Assembly (NCBI RefSeq): GCF_009914755.1
Contig: NC_060938.1
DNA from: the human T2T-CHM13v2.0 reference genome, Homo sapiens
Length of the DNA stretch: 64,000 nucleotides
Strand: one strand, 5' to 3'
The position numbers and the translations under genes were made by a program. A model generated the notes under the pieces. The model had not been told where the DNA came from. It made no database searches and saw only the letters and a list, made by a program, of their open reading frames with translations. Numbering within the stretch: position 1 is the first letter of the stretch; each line of letters opens with the position of its first letter. Shown here piece by piece: positions 1-18,254 of the stretch.

Positions 1-5146
<5,146 letters not shown>

Positions 5147-5432
5147 CCCACATTTTCTTTATCTACTCATTAATTGATGGGCATTTGGGCTGGTTTTACA
5201 TTTTTGCAGTTGGAAATTATGTTGCTATAAACATGTGTGTGCAAGTATCTTTTTCATATAATGACTTCTTTTCCTCTGGGTATATACCTAGTTGTAGGAT
5301 TGCTGGTCAAATGGTAGTTCTACTTTTAGTTCTTTAAGGCATCTCCACACTGTTTTCCATAGTGGTTGTACTAGTTTACATTTCCACCAGCAGTGTAAAA
5401 GTGTTCCCTTTTCACCACATCCGTGCCAACAA
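5147..5432 (-). mobile_element. Older L1 (L1PB/L1MA-like) ORF2 3' fragment adjoining the L1PA 5' end
   Basis: Typical L1 3' ORF2 antisense sequence (CTCCACACTGTTTTCCATAGTGGTTGTACTAGTTTACATT). Confidence 0.8.
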
Positions 5433-5904
5433 TATATTTAGAACAAGTATTTGGTCAACTAACACATCATTCTCTATACTGGGCAATAAGTAAATTTCAC
5501 AGACCATCAGCACTGGGGAACACACTTTGCGAAGCCCTCATGGTGGACTATAGTTAAAGGAACATAGATCTACCTTTCAGCCCTTCCAGATCTGCAGTCA
5601 CAGCCCTACACTTGTACTTTGCCAATCTTAATAAAGCTTAAAGCCTGGAGTACAAATGAGGCTGAGGACTACAACCAGGTACTTGTTACAGAAGAAACAC
5701 AGAATACAGAATCCTTGATTAGGATGAATCCCTGTAATTATATTCCTAGAAATATAAGAAATTGAAATTCATATTCAAAATATAATTGAAACATATAAAT
5801 GATTACGTGAAATGACTTTATAAAGTAGCTATATAAGTGTTTAAACATACCTGTTACATATGACGAAAAACTGACTTTTTTACTTGCTTTATTATTACTT
5901 ATAG

Positions 5905-5949
5905 GTTGTAAATTTAAAGATGTTAGAAGAAATGTCCAAAAAGATACAG
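5905..5949 (+). CDS. CDKN3: CDKN3 coding exon 4 (45 bp, phase 1-1): (G)CKFKDVRRNVQKDT(E)
   Basis: ATAG acceptor 5901-5904, GTAGGT donor at 5950; translation matches recalled KAP sequence and joins exon 5 in frame. Confidence 0.96.
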
Positions 5950-6710
5950 GTAGGTGTAATATCACGCAACCACACTCATGGGTTTTTTAAATGAATAGCA
6001 TTGAAAAACTCTCTGTCAAAAAGAACAAATCAGTTTTTTTTTAATATAGCAATAAGTTTTCAATATTGTGTGAAGTTCCAAACTATAGACTTATTCTGAT
6101 ATGTAAAGAGGTATTTGTGAAGACCATCATTTACCTAACCATGGAGTTGCTTTTCACTGATTGTTGTAGTTATATTATACATATAAACTACATTTGAGGT
6201 TAGAATGTAGAAGTTGGCATGAAAAAAAGTATGTAAATAGGAAACTGACATATTGCTCCCCCCAGGTCTTTACTGTTCCTTGCAGACTTGACTGTGGTAG
6301 TAGAAATTAAACATGAGCTGGGAACTCCAAGTTAGCAGTGAAATTGTGAATCCTGGATGGAAAATTTTGAGAGCCAGCATCTAGATGGAAAAGACAGAAT
6401 GGGAACTGGTTGTTGCCTGCTCAAGGATGTTCATACCATTATAGCCACAAGTCTAATAATCCTCATAATCTGCCCCAATTTGGAATTTACATATTGCATG
6501 ATACTAACAAATGTGGATTTTCAAAAGATTTTATTCTGATTGGCCTGGAATGTCTCAAACCTACTAGTCCTACCGATATCCTTATAGTATGGCAAATTAA
6601 AATGTATATATTGCTTGATTCTAACCAGTATAGATTTTCTGAATCTTAAAAACTTTTCGTGGTTATTCTAGAACATCAGTTTGCTAATGTACTTTTAAAA
6701 ATTTATTCCT

Positions 6711-7065
6711 GGTCAGGTGCAGTGGTTCACACCTGTAATCCCAGCATTTTGGTAGGCCGAGGCGGGTTGATCGCTTGAGCTCAGGAGTTCGAGACCAGCC
6801 TGGGCAACAAGGCAAAACCCTGTCTCTGCAAAAAATACAAAAATTAACTGGGCATGATGGCGCGTGCTTGTAGTCCCAGCAACTTGGGAGGCTGAGATGG
6901 GAGGATCACTTGAGCCCAGGAGGTCAAAGCTGCAGTGAGCTGAGATGGTGCTGAGATCACAAGGTCTTGCTCTGTCATCCAGGCTGGAGTGCAATGAGCT
7001 GAGATTGCATTACTGCACTCCAACCTGGTGGCAGAGCAAGACCCTGCCTCAAAAAAAAAAAAAAA
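6711..7065 (+). mobile_element. AluJ-like element with internal inverted duplication
   Basis: Alu dimer, poly(A), TATTCCT TSD remnant; extra segment around 6947-7005. Confidence 0.92.
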
Positions 7066-7895
7066 GTATTCCTTACCTACCAAAAAAAGACTTAAAGACA
7101 GTAATAGATAGTTGACCCTTATAGTATTTATAAAACTTTTCTGCTTTAGACACACCCACCATGCTAGGAAATTTCTATTTGGAGAACATTTAGGTCATAA
7201 GCAAAATATATGTAATTTAAATCATTGGTTCAAAGTCAGTCTTGTACATTTTGGAATGTCATATTCATTTAGCATTTTCTATAAAAACAGTTTCCAATTT
7301 TTTTCAAAATACTTTTTTTTCTGCAATGAAATCTTAAATGGAATCCAGTACATAAAACAGGTCAATATGTTTGATTGGAGACCTAGAATCTCCCTGCAGC
7401 AGTTCCTGAGATACTTTCTTAGCCCTTTCTCAGAAAGTTGGAAAATCACTGGATAATAAAAATTACCAAATGTGTACAAAAGGCAAATAGATGTATAGTA
7501 CTGTACATCTCAGGGATTAGTTCATGAGAAGGTACTTTGTACTTAAATAGCTACATGTCCTTGGATTTAAGGGACAGGGAGAGGGCTGGAGTTGGGAGCA
7601 CTTAGATCATCCAGTTATTTATTTTAAACCAAATGCTCAATAGTTAATATTGCCATAAAGAAGTCCTAGTGTATAGAATGCCTATAGTATTCATATCATT
7701 ATAATGAGAATAGCTAGGTCACAGAAGTTTAATACAGGTAATGTTTTATTTACTGGCGACCTAGTCTATAAAATTAAATACACAAGGATGTGTTACAGTG
7801 CAGATATGAGGGAGAATACTAGCACCTCTGACACCATGGCCATGCTGGAGATTTTATATACAATACTCAGAGTCAAGCAAACAGCTAAGTGATGA

Positions 7896-8027
7896 AGTAG
7901 CAGACATGGTTGATTTTGTGAGAAAAAGAAAAAAAGTGCTATCATCCTTAATTGAACATAGATCTATCATACCTTAATTGATAGCACTTTTTTTCTTTTT
8001 CTCACAAAATCAACCATATTTGCTACT
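7896..8027. repeat. Long inverted repeat, 49-bp arms, 34-nt spacer
   Basis: 7896-7944 is the reverse complement of 7979-8027 with 2 mismatches; 39-bp perfect core. Confidence 0.95.
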
Positions 8028-8056
8028 CAATTTTAAGTGTTTTAAGAGTTATTTTA

Positions 8057-8468
<412 letters not shown>

Positions 8469-8642
8469 TTAATTCTAGACCCCTTTTGATTCAGACATAT
8501 CAATAGGCACTTCAGATTTATAGATTGTCATTTGGTATTAGTTTGGCTTAAGAAATTTAATTTCATATTCTCCCTCTTGATGGTATTTAAATGTGTGATG
8601 TTTTCTATGTGTGTGTGTCTGTGTATCCTGGTCTATTGGCAG

Positions 8643-8865
8643 AAGAACTAAAGAGCTGTGGTATACAAGACATATTTGTTTTCTGCACCAGAGGGGAACT
8701 GTCAAAATATAGAGTCCCAAACCTTCTGGATCTCTACCAGCAATGTGGAATTATCACCCATCATCATCCAATCGCAGATGGAGGGACTCCTGACATAGCC
8801 AGCTGCTGTGAAATAATGGAAGAGCTTACAACCTGCCTTAAAAATTACCGAAAAACCTTAATACA
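8643..8865 (+). CDS. CDKN3: CDKN3 coding exon 5 (223 bp): EELKSCGIQDIFVFCTRGELSKY...HHHPIADGGTPD...RKTLI(H)
   Basis: CAG acceptor 8640-8642, GTACGT donor at 8866; lies within ORF 8591..8971; contains the PIADGG general-acid loop. Confidence 0.97.
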
Positions 8866-9257
8866 GTACGTTCTTTTCTCCATACACTATGTGAGAAATG
8901 TCTCAGTCAAAATGATTTCTGGAATTATGGTAGCCCTATTCAGTTATCACCTACTTCATAGTTTGTTGTAAGGATTAAAAGGTAATAATGCACTAGGAAA
9001 GCACTGGCACAATGTCTGGTACAGGGTAAGTAGTCAAATACGTGCTGTTATTACTTTTCAAGAGTAGGGACAATAAATGAGTAGATTTGGAAATTGTTAG
9101 AACAAGGTTACAAGCTTTTCTTTTTTATTTCTTTCCTTTAGTCTTAGACCTTTAGTTGCAATTTTGGGACCCTCCTTTCCCCTCATCACCATCACTGCCT
9201 CACTTATTAGCTTTTCAATTGCTTAGTTGCTTTCAATAGCAAGAAAATCAATTTTTT

Positions 9258-9639
<382 letters not shown>

Positions 9640-10989
9640 TTACATTTGATGATATGACTGCTAACAGATTGAAAGAGGGCCTCTCATTGTGTGTCAGTGG
9701 CTATAAAAACACAAGCTGCTGGTGTGAAAGTTTAAAACAAAAGAAGATGGGTTAAGGAAAGGGGACAAAATGAGGAGGAAAGAAAAGCAGCTTGGAGGAA
9801 GGCCAGAGAGAGTGGCAATGGGCAGTAGATAGTAGCATGGCAAAGATTCAAAGGGGCGATGTGGATAAAAAACAAGAGATGCTCTGCCGGAAGTGAAACA
9901 CACAAAGCAACAGAGAGCCAGCCATGGGGAGGAAACTGGACTTTGCCGTGCATAATGTATATTTCATATTCTAATAACCTGCTTAATCCTTTCTCGAATA
10001 AGGTAGGGTATTAAATAGTTTACGACCTCAAAAGCCCCAAGTTCCTTAAGGACATTGCTTTGAGCTAGAAGTATAGAAATTATATCAAATAGCCATGGGG
10101 TTCTCAGGGCACCTAGTCATAGGACAAGCCCAGCCAACTTCTCCTCTTAAACCTATAGCCCAGGGGCCTCATGCCAACAGTGTCAGTTCTGAAGGCAAAC
10201 CAACTAGTACGAGGGTCTTTGGGGACACACACCTGTTTGTGGCCAAACTGAACTCTGACATACAGAGAAATATAGTTTGCAGAATATGCAGTAGAGAACT
10301 AGAAGCCATTCTACATCCTATTGTTTCCCATCTTCCTCTATGGAAAAAGCATAGTCACTTAACCAGTACTAATTATAAAAGCTAAATTTCAAATAGATCC
10401 AGTTGATGATGTGAAAGTTTCTGATACATATAGGTAAAATAGTATTAGATAGTTAAATGTAGCTGGGGAAAAATATTTTCCAACATAGGGCCCTATTTTT
10501 CAAACCATTTTGAGATCTTTTTTTTTTTTTTCAAATAAATTTTTGAAAGCAGCCTCTACTGAAAAGTTTCCAGAAATCAAACTAGCTCTGTTTAGTGAAG
10601 TGAAGCTTAACAAATTCTACTGTAGCTGGTTCTGGCAACCCAAATGCTCTGATGTTTGTGCAGAGTACAAACAGGATAGACAGTAGATGGGTGACTTTGC
10701 ATATGCTGAATGTTTCAGTCTCCCATAAAATAAAGCATCTGACAACTGGCATTTTTCATTGTCCTAGAGCTTTCGAAGGTGTCCTACGGTGACTAGTTTA
10801 TTTTCTATCCATTCTGCCATCTTTGAGGACCCACACTTCTAGACAGCTATAGAGCTTATCCTTCAGCAACAGGATCTGGTAAACCTTTTTCACTGACCTG
10901 TTGTCTACCAGTGCTGTCTCACTGGTTCTGCCTGGACATTTGCAGCCCTTTATAAAATTAGTGAACAACACTGCTTGCCTACTGTATTT

Positions 10990-11426
10990 TGTAGTTTCTT
11001 GGGGCTATTGTAACAAAGTACCACAAACCAGGTAGCTGAAAACAACAGAAATTTCTTCTTTCCCATTTCTAGAGGATGTAAGTCCAAAATTAAGATGAGA
11101 GCAGAGCCATGCCCTCTGAGACTGAGGAGAGTCCTTCCATGCCTCTTCCTAGCTTCTGGTGGTGGCCATCAATCCATGGCAGGCCTTGGCTTGCAGCTGA
11201 ATCCCTCCAGTCTGCCTCTGTCATCACACACTTCCTCGGATGTCTGTGTCTTTGCATGGTGTTGTCCTTGTGTAAGGACACTAGTCATCTAGGATGAGGG
11301 CCTGCTCTAATTCGTCTTAACTTGAATATACCTGCAAAGACTCAAATTCTGAATAAGGTCCCACTCACAGGTACAGGATAAGGACTTCAGCATGTCTTTT
11401 GGGGGGACATAATTCAACCAGTAACA
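10990..11426 (-). mobile_element. MLT1 (MaLR) solo LTR
   Basis: GTAACAAAGTACCACAAAC...AACAACAGAAATTT and GGGGACATAATTCAACCAGTAACA termini typical of MLT1. Confidence 0.85.
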
Positions 11427-11669
11427 CCTACCGTGTACCACACGCCAAGACTACCAAACGAGGCACAGTCCCCACCTTCGAGGAACCTATAACTAACACT
11501 ACCATTTAACTGCAATAAGACAGGAGAGGCAGCACACAGGAAAATGATCCTTTCTGTAGGAGCACAAAGGCATTTTAGGAAATGAAATTTGAGGTTTTAA
11601 AAGATAAGTAGGAATTCATCAAATAGAAGAAAAAAGATGAAAATAGCAAAAGGTATAAAATAGTATTAA

Positions 11670-12131
<462 letters not shown>

Positions 12132-12161
12132 TAAAGCAAAATATATATCTACAGCTTTACC

Positions 12162-12185
12162 TACAATACAATACAATACAATACA
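12162..12185. repeat. (TACAA)n pentanucleotide microsatellite
   Basis: TACAATACAATACAATACAATACA. Confidence 0.85.
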
Positions 12186-12384
12186 GTAATTGATGTCCAT
12201 AACGATAAGTCATCCACACTAAATTAGGCTCAGTATACCCTCTAAGTACATTAGGAAGCATGTAATACATTTTTTAGGATCTTTGAAAATGACTTAAATG
12301 AATAGTTTTGCTACTGAGGATTAATCTCCATTTTTCTGGAAAATCCAGTTATACAAAACTGCTAATTTCTTTACAGTGCTAGAT

Positions 12385-12630
12385 AACAGCAGCTAATGTT
12401 CATTTACTTCTTACTCTGCACAAAGCTGTGTTCTAAGTCCTTGGCAAATGCTCACTCATTTGTGAGCCTCATTTAATCCTCACTCTGATGTACATACTAT
12501 TGCTATCACCATTTTAAAGGTGAAAAGGCTGAGTCCCAGAGAGATTAAATAACTTGCTTAGCTTTACACATCTAATAAGTGGCAGAGCCAGGACTGAAGC
12601 CCAGGCAGTGGTGCTCCAGAGCCCATGCTC
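12385..12630 (-). mobile_element. MIR
   Basis: CTCATTTAATCCTCAC...CCATTTTAAAGGTGAAAAGGCTGAG...AAGTGGCAGAGCCAGGA core. Confidence 0.8.
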
Positions 12631-13060
12631 CAGACTTCGGTGATACCCTATCTCTGGACTCCTTTAGATACATGAATGGTTATTATCTACATGGCATTTG
12701 TGCAGTAACCACTCAGATTTTGTTTAGACAGAGGAATAATCAAAGTGACAGTTGGTAAAAGTCTGATTTCTATCTATTGGTAACATGCTCCATTTCTCAG
12801 ATGTGGATCTTGGAACCTAAAGAGGTCAATAAGAAGACTCTGCCTATCTTGATGCTTAGAGGTGTTCAGAATTCCTCCCAACAAAGAAATAAGCACACCT
12901 TGCTCTCAGTTGATTAAATCAAAAATATTTATTAATCTTCGTGTGCAAGGCACTGTGCTAGGCATTAGAGTTGTAAATAGAAGGCAGAAAGAGCAAGTCT
13001 TTAGTTGTAACTAGGGATGGAATGAAATGTACAAACTTCAAAACTGTATTTCCCTTTCAG

Positions 13061-13092
13061 CTGCTATGGAGGACTTGGGAGATCTTGTCTTG
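13061..13092 (+). CDS. CDKN3: CDKN3 coding exon 6 (32 bp): (H)CYGGLGRSCL(V), catalytic CX5R loop
   Basis: TTTCCCTTTCAG acceptor, GTAAGA donor at 13093; PTP signature HCXXGXGRS. Confidence 0.97.
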
Positions 13093-13534
13093 GTAAGAAA
13101 TATATTTCTATTATTTTTTTAACCGCCAAATAGACAAACTTCTGTTTCCAGACCATATGTTCATTTTGTATTAAAATGGAACCAAGCAAAATATAAGTTT
13201 GCTAAGACTCAAAGGATTACTTAAGGCCCTAAACATGGTGTTCCCTGGAAAGCTTGGGTGGGAGTGGGAGGTATTTTCAGCATTGTTCTGGAGGATTCTG
13301 GCAAAACATCATTTACAAGTCTTAACACCTGCATTCTTATTTTTTAACATTTTTTGATGTTCTTCCTGTGGAGGTGTTATAATAGAGTAACTTCCAAATA
13401 GTTTCCATGGGTAACTATTTATGAATACCAAAGTTAATTACTATATGTTAATTTAAAAAATGTTTTAATGTACTAAGAAAAACAAAAAAGAGTTCGTGAA
13501 ATGCCACACTGGAGTAGTAGTTATTTTTTTAGTG

Positions 13535-14790
13535 TTGGATGATATCAAAATTGAAAGCTTTTGTGTTTCAAAGAATACTATCAAAATGACAAGACTACCC
13601 ATAGAATGGGAAAAAATATTTGCAATCTATATATTTGATAAGGGATTTGTATCCAGAATATAAAAAGAACTCTTACAACTCAGTAATAAAGATAGGCCGG
13701 GCGTCGTGGCTCATGCCTGTAATCTCAGCACTTTGGGAGGCCAAGGCAGAAAGATCACCTGAGTTTAGGAGTTTGAGAACAGCATGAGCAACATGGTGAA
13801 ACCCCATCTCTACAAGAAATACAAAAATTAGCCAGGCATAGTGGTGCATGCCTGTAGTCCCAGCTCCTTGTGGGACTGAGGCTGGAGGACTGCCTGGGCC
13901 CAGGAGGTCAAGGCACCAGTGAACCGAGTTTACACCACTGCACTCCAGCCTAGATGACAAAGTGAGATCGTCTCTCTCAAAAGAAAAAATAATAATAATA
14001 AACAAACAACATAACTGAAAAATGGGCAAAGTATCCGAATAAACCTTTCTACATGCAAGATACACATATAGTCAGTAAGCACATGAGAAGATGCTCAACA
14101 TCATCAGTCATCAGGAAATGCAAATCAGAACCACAGTGGATACCACTTGACACCAATTAGGAAGGGTATTATAAAAACATGAAAAATAACAAGTATTGGC
14201 AAGGATGTAGAGAAATTCGAACCCTCATACACTGTTGGTGGGAATGTAAAATGGTGCAGCGGCTTTGGAAAATAGTCTAGCAGTAGTTCTTCAAACAAGT
14301 AAACATTAACATATGACCCAGCAATTTCACTCCAAAGTATATACCCAAAGACTTGTATACAAATGTTTATAGCAGCATTAATCATAATAGCCAAAAAATG
14401 GAAACAGCCTAAATGTCCATCAGTTGACGAACAGATAAACACAATGTGGCATATCTATACAATGGAATATTATTTGATCATAAAAAGGAATTAAATACAG
14501 ACATATGCTACAATATGTATGAACCCTGAACACATTATGCTAAGAGAAGTCAGACACACACAAAAAAATATTGTATGTTTCCGTTTATGTGATTGCTCAG
14601 AATAGGCAGATCTACAGAGACAAAGTACACTAGTGGTTGCCTATGGCAGGGGTTGATGGGGAATAGAGGATGACAGCAAAAGGGTACACTTCTTTCTGAG
14701 GTGATGAAGTGCTTTAAAATTGACTGTGGTGATGGTTGCACATATCTGTAAATATACTAAATCACTGAATGGATGAACACTTTAAATGGA
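13535..14790 (+). mobile_element. Old L1M (L1MB/MC-like) 3' fragment interrupted by an Alu
   Basis: AAATGGGCAAAG, TGTTGGTGGGAATGTAAAATGGTGCAG, ATGGAATATTATT motifs. Confidence 0.85.
13695..14001 (+). mobile_element. Alu (J/S)
   Basis: Alu dimer with A-rich tail. Confidence 0.92.
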
Positions 14791-15009
14791 TGAAAGAATG
14801 AAGCCAGTGTTAAACTCTAATTCAACCATACGGTCATTTAAGATCATAATTTAACTGTCAAAAACACACACTAAAAGTCTCAGTCTTTTAATTCATTTGG
14901 AACAATTACACCAGTCTTCTGTATCAACAGAAGTCTTATTAAATATAAAATGCTGTACCCTGTCACTAGTTATTTAATAACATATTATTTTTCTGTCATG
15001 TTCCATTAG

Positions 15010-15113
15010 TAGCTGCTTGTCTCCTACTATACCTGTCTGACACAATATCACCAGAGCAAGCCATAGACAGCCTGCGAGACCTAAGAGGATCCGGGGCAAT
15101 ACAGACCATCAAG
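15010..15113 (+). CDS. CDKN3: CDKN3 coding exon 7 (104 bp): VAACLLLYLSDTISPEQAIDSLRDLRGSGAIQTIK
   Basis: TAG acceptor 15007-15009, GTGAGG donor at 15114; in frame with exons 6 and 8. Confidence 0.96.
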
Positions 15114-16035
15114 GTGAGGAGGTGGGCGGTGCTTGCTTGGTTGTGGTTGGGGTCGTTGTTACAAATACAGATTCATGTGTAACCAAAAGGTTACATATGA
15201 AAATCCAAAAGGGCAGTGAAATGAAAATCCAAAGCACTCTGTTATTCAAATACCACTTGCTTATGCTTTTAGTTTTTAAAAATTTACAAGTAAATATAAT
15301 CCAGGTAGTCTAAAAAAGCACACAGGATTTCAAACAAGATAATGAAAATTTGAACTTCCTGGTTTACTTTTCCAGGATCTACCTACTTCTCAGTTTTTGC
15401 CCCAGTCCGTTTTGGGAATGGATCCTCTCACCTAGGACAATGAGATGGTTATTGTTAATACAAACTTGGTACGTTCTTGGGTAGATTCTTGGCCAAAAAA
15501 AATCTATGGAAGATCTTGTTATATCACCAAAACATTTAATAAAGACAGATGAATGACTATAATACAAAAAATGGAAAGCAGTGCTAATTATCCTTTGCAG
15601 TAGATAACTGGGGACATCTTCCACATGTACATTCCCCTAACACTTCAAAACACTGCACTAGCAATGCCAAGGATATTGCATTAATCATGTTACTGAAAAG
15701 ATTCTGCAGATGTCACTTCATTTTGTAGATCTGTAAAGCTAATGTGCCTTCTTTTCAGAAGCGTGCCCTCTCAGCATTAGAATCCGCTCATCAGAGGAGT
15801 GGGCACCAAAGAATCCTGGCTGTTAGGCAGCTCCCTAGACTTGAGAGCCCATCTTCCCAGGGTTGGAGGTCTAATCCAGTGTCATTAACAGTGAATTATC
15901 ATAATTACTGATAAATTCACCAAGCAACCTGATTCTTAGGGCTTAAATAAGGTCATTAACGGGACAATCCATACAAGATCCACTCCACTGTACAGGTCTG
16001 AAACAGACAACTCTATGTTAAAAATCAAACGATGC

Positions 16036-16425
<390 letters not shown>

Positions 16426-17149
16426 TTACATCTTTAACATTGCAGATAATTAAGTCCATATTACTACAGACTCAGTTTATCACCTCAGCATTCTGTGGCA
16501 AACAGGCTTGCTGGTGTTAGCAATGCAGTTTCCACATCTCAATAAGGATATGAAATGAGATGATTGGCAGAGTAAGAATATCTTTTGGGAGGCTATTAAA
16601 ACTCCAAATAAATTATTTAAAGCTTTTATTTTGCTTATCTGCTGAGATTAGCAATACAGTTTGTTTTTAAAAAATATTGTCTATGAAAATTATCCCTAGT
16701 GCATTATGTCATCACAAAAAAGCAGAAGACTAGGGCTTCTATAAATTGAGAAATGGATTTTGTTAAATATACCAGTTACTTGCTACAGAAAGTGCTCTGT
16801 CCTTCTTACCAGGGGGGAAAAATGTTAGCAAAAATAATGCCATTATGTACTGTTTTAATCTTATTTGGTCCTGTAAGTAAAGAGAGAAAGAATTTTAGAC
16901 TTAAAACATATCCATCTACATTTCATTTCACCTTCTGATTTTTAGAGACTTGTAGAACAATAGTTTTTCACACTATATGGCTTTACTAAAAGATAAAACT
17001 TCCCCATGATGCAAATGCTTCCTTACCCAAAAAGATGTAGAATTGTGCTTAGCAAGTATTTTTTTTTATTCCTGATACCTGCTAATATTGTGCCCACACT
17101 GATAACTAGTTTTCTACAGTGTATTCCAATGTATCTTTACTTTTTTCAG

Positions 17150-17236
17150 CAATACAATTATCTTCATGAGTTTCGGGACAAATTAGCTGCACATCTATCA
17201 TCAAGAGATTCACAATCAAGATCTGTATCAAGATAA
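17150..17236 (+). CDS. CDKN3: CDKN3 last coding exon 8: QYNYLHEFRDKLAAHLSSRDSQSRSVSR*
   Basis: TTTTTTCAG acceptor; TAA at 17234-17236; matches recalled C-terminus. Confidence 0.97.
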   Translation, partial: QYNYLHEFRDKLAAHLSSRDSQSRSVSR

Positions 17237-17375
17237 AGGAATTCAAATAGCATATATATGACCATGTCTGAAATGTCAGTTCTCTAGCATAATTTGTATT
17301 GAAATGAAACCACCAGTGTTATCAACTTGAATGTAAATGTACATGTGCAGATATTCCTAAAGTTTTATTGACAAA
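17237..17375 (+). other. CDKN3: CDKN3 short 3'UTR, putative cleavage near 17371-17375
   Basis: Three TGTA elements upstream and a GU/U-rich tract at 17380-17400; no canonical hexamer seen. Confidence 0.6.
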
Positions 17376-18254
17376 ACTCGTTGTGTCTCTTTCATTTCTT
17401 ATAGGAATAGGAAAATTGGGATAGGAAAATTGGTATGCAATTTTCCTTTTAGAAATGAATTGGTTGTTCTGGTATATTCTACCTGGAGGTAATGCTGAAA
17501 ACATGCATTTGGAAAAATATTTGAATGCCTATTTTTAATACTTAGTACTGCACTTTTACTTCATTTTACTGTTTGTAACCACTGGGTAGCATATGACAAA
17601 GTAGTAAGTATGAGAATTGGTATGAGTGCCCAAACTTACTTTTAAATGATGTCCCCCTCCCTCTCTATTCCTCCCAAAACTTCTTCCGCTTTTTACTTCA
17701 TAGACCTCCGGAATTGAAAAGGATCCTGTGAGTCTTCCACTCGCCCCCTCCCAGTACTGGATCAGCCCCAAGGGTGTTTATTCACTATGGGCTGGAACAT
17801 TTTCAGAGACAAGGAATTCACTGGTTCAGACAGCTGCTCCACCTTTTGTCCGCCCTAGGAACTACACGGAATGAGCTTAATCCTTTCACATTTATTTCAT
17901 AAAGAATTTAGCTACAGATTAACAATTTCCAACTCTCTCACTCTTTCACTTCCCCCTATACTATGAAACCTATCTTTTTTCATCTTTAAATTCAACTTTG
18001 AGTTACCCAAAACAGTCATTTGGGCTGTAGACAAGGATCACACACAATGTGTCAAACAAACACACTTGTTTTAACAGTCAGTGGTTTCAGTAGGGCTTAC
18101 AGTAGTCACATGGCTCTCTTGGCTACTGGTAATTACAAGTGTGAACCAATGGCAATTTGGCAATGACCACCAGGTTGCAGACTCATAGGCACTTCCACAA
18201 AAGACAAAGTTTCACTACATCAAAATTTCATTTTTAAATAATTATTCAATGACT

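Noticed and set aside
8591-8971. 126-aa ORF as a stand-alone gene
   Set aside because: It is CDKN3 exon 5 plus intronic read-through on both sides
18090-18130. CAGTAG...CTACTG small inverted repeat as a possible snoRNA/ncRNA
   Set aside because: Stem too short and no convincing C/D or H/ACA boxes
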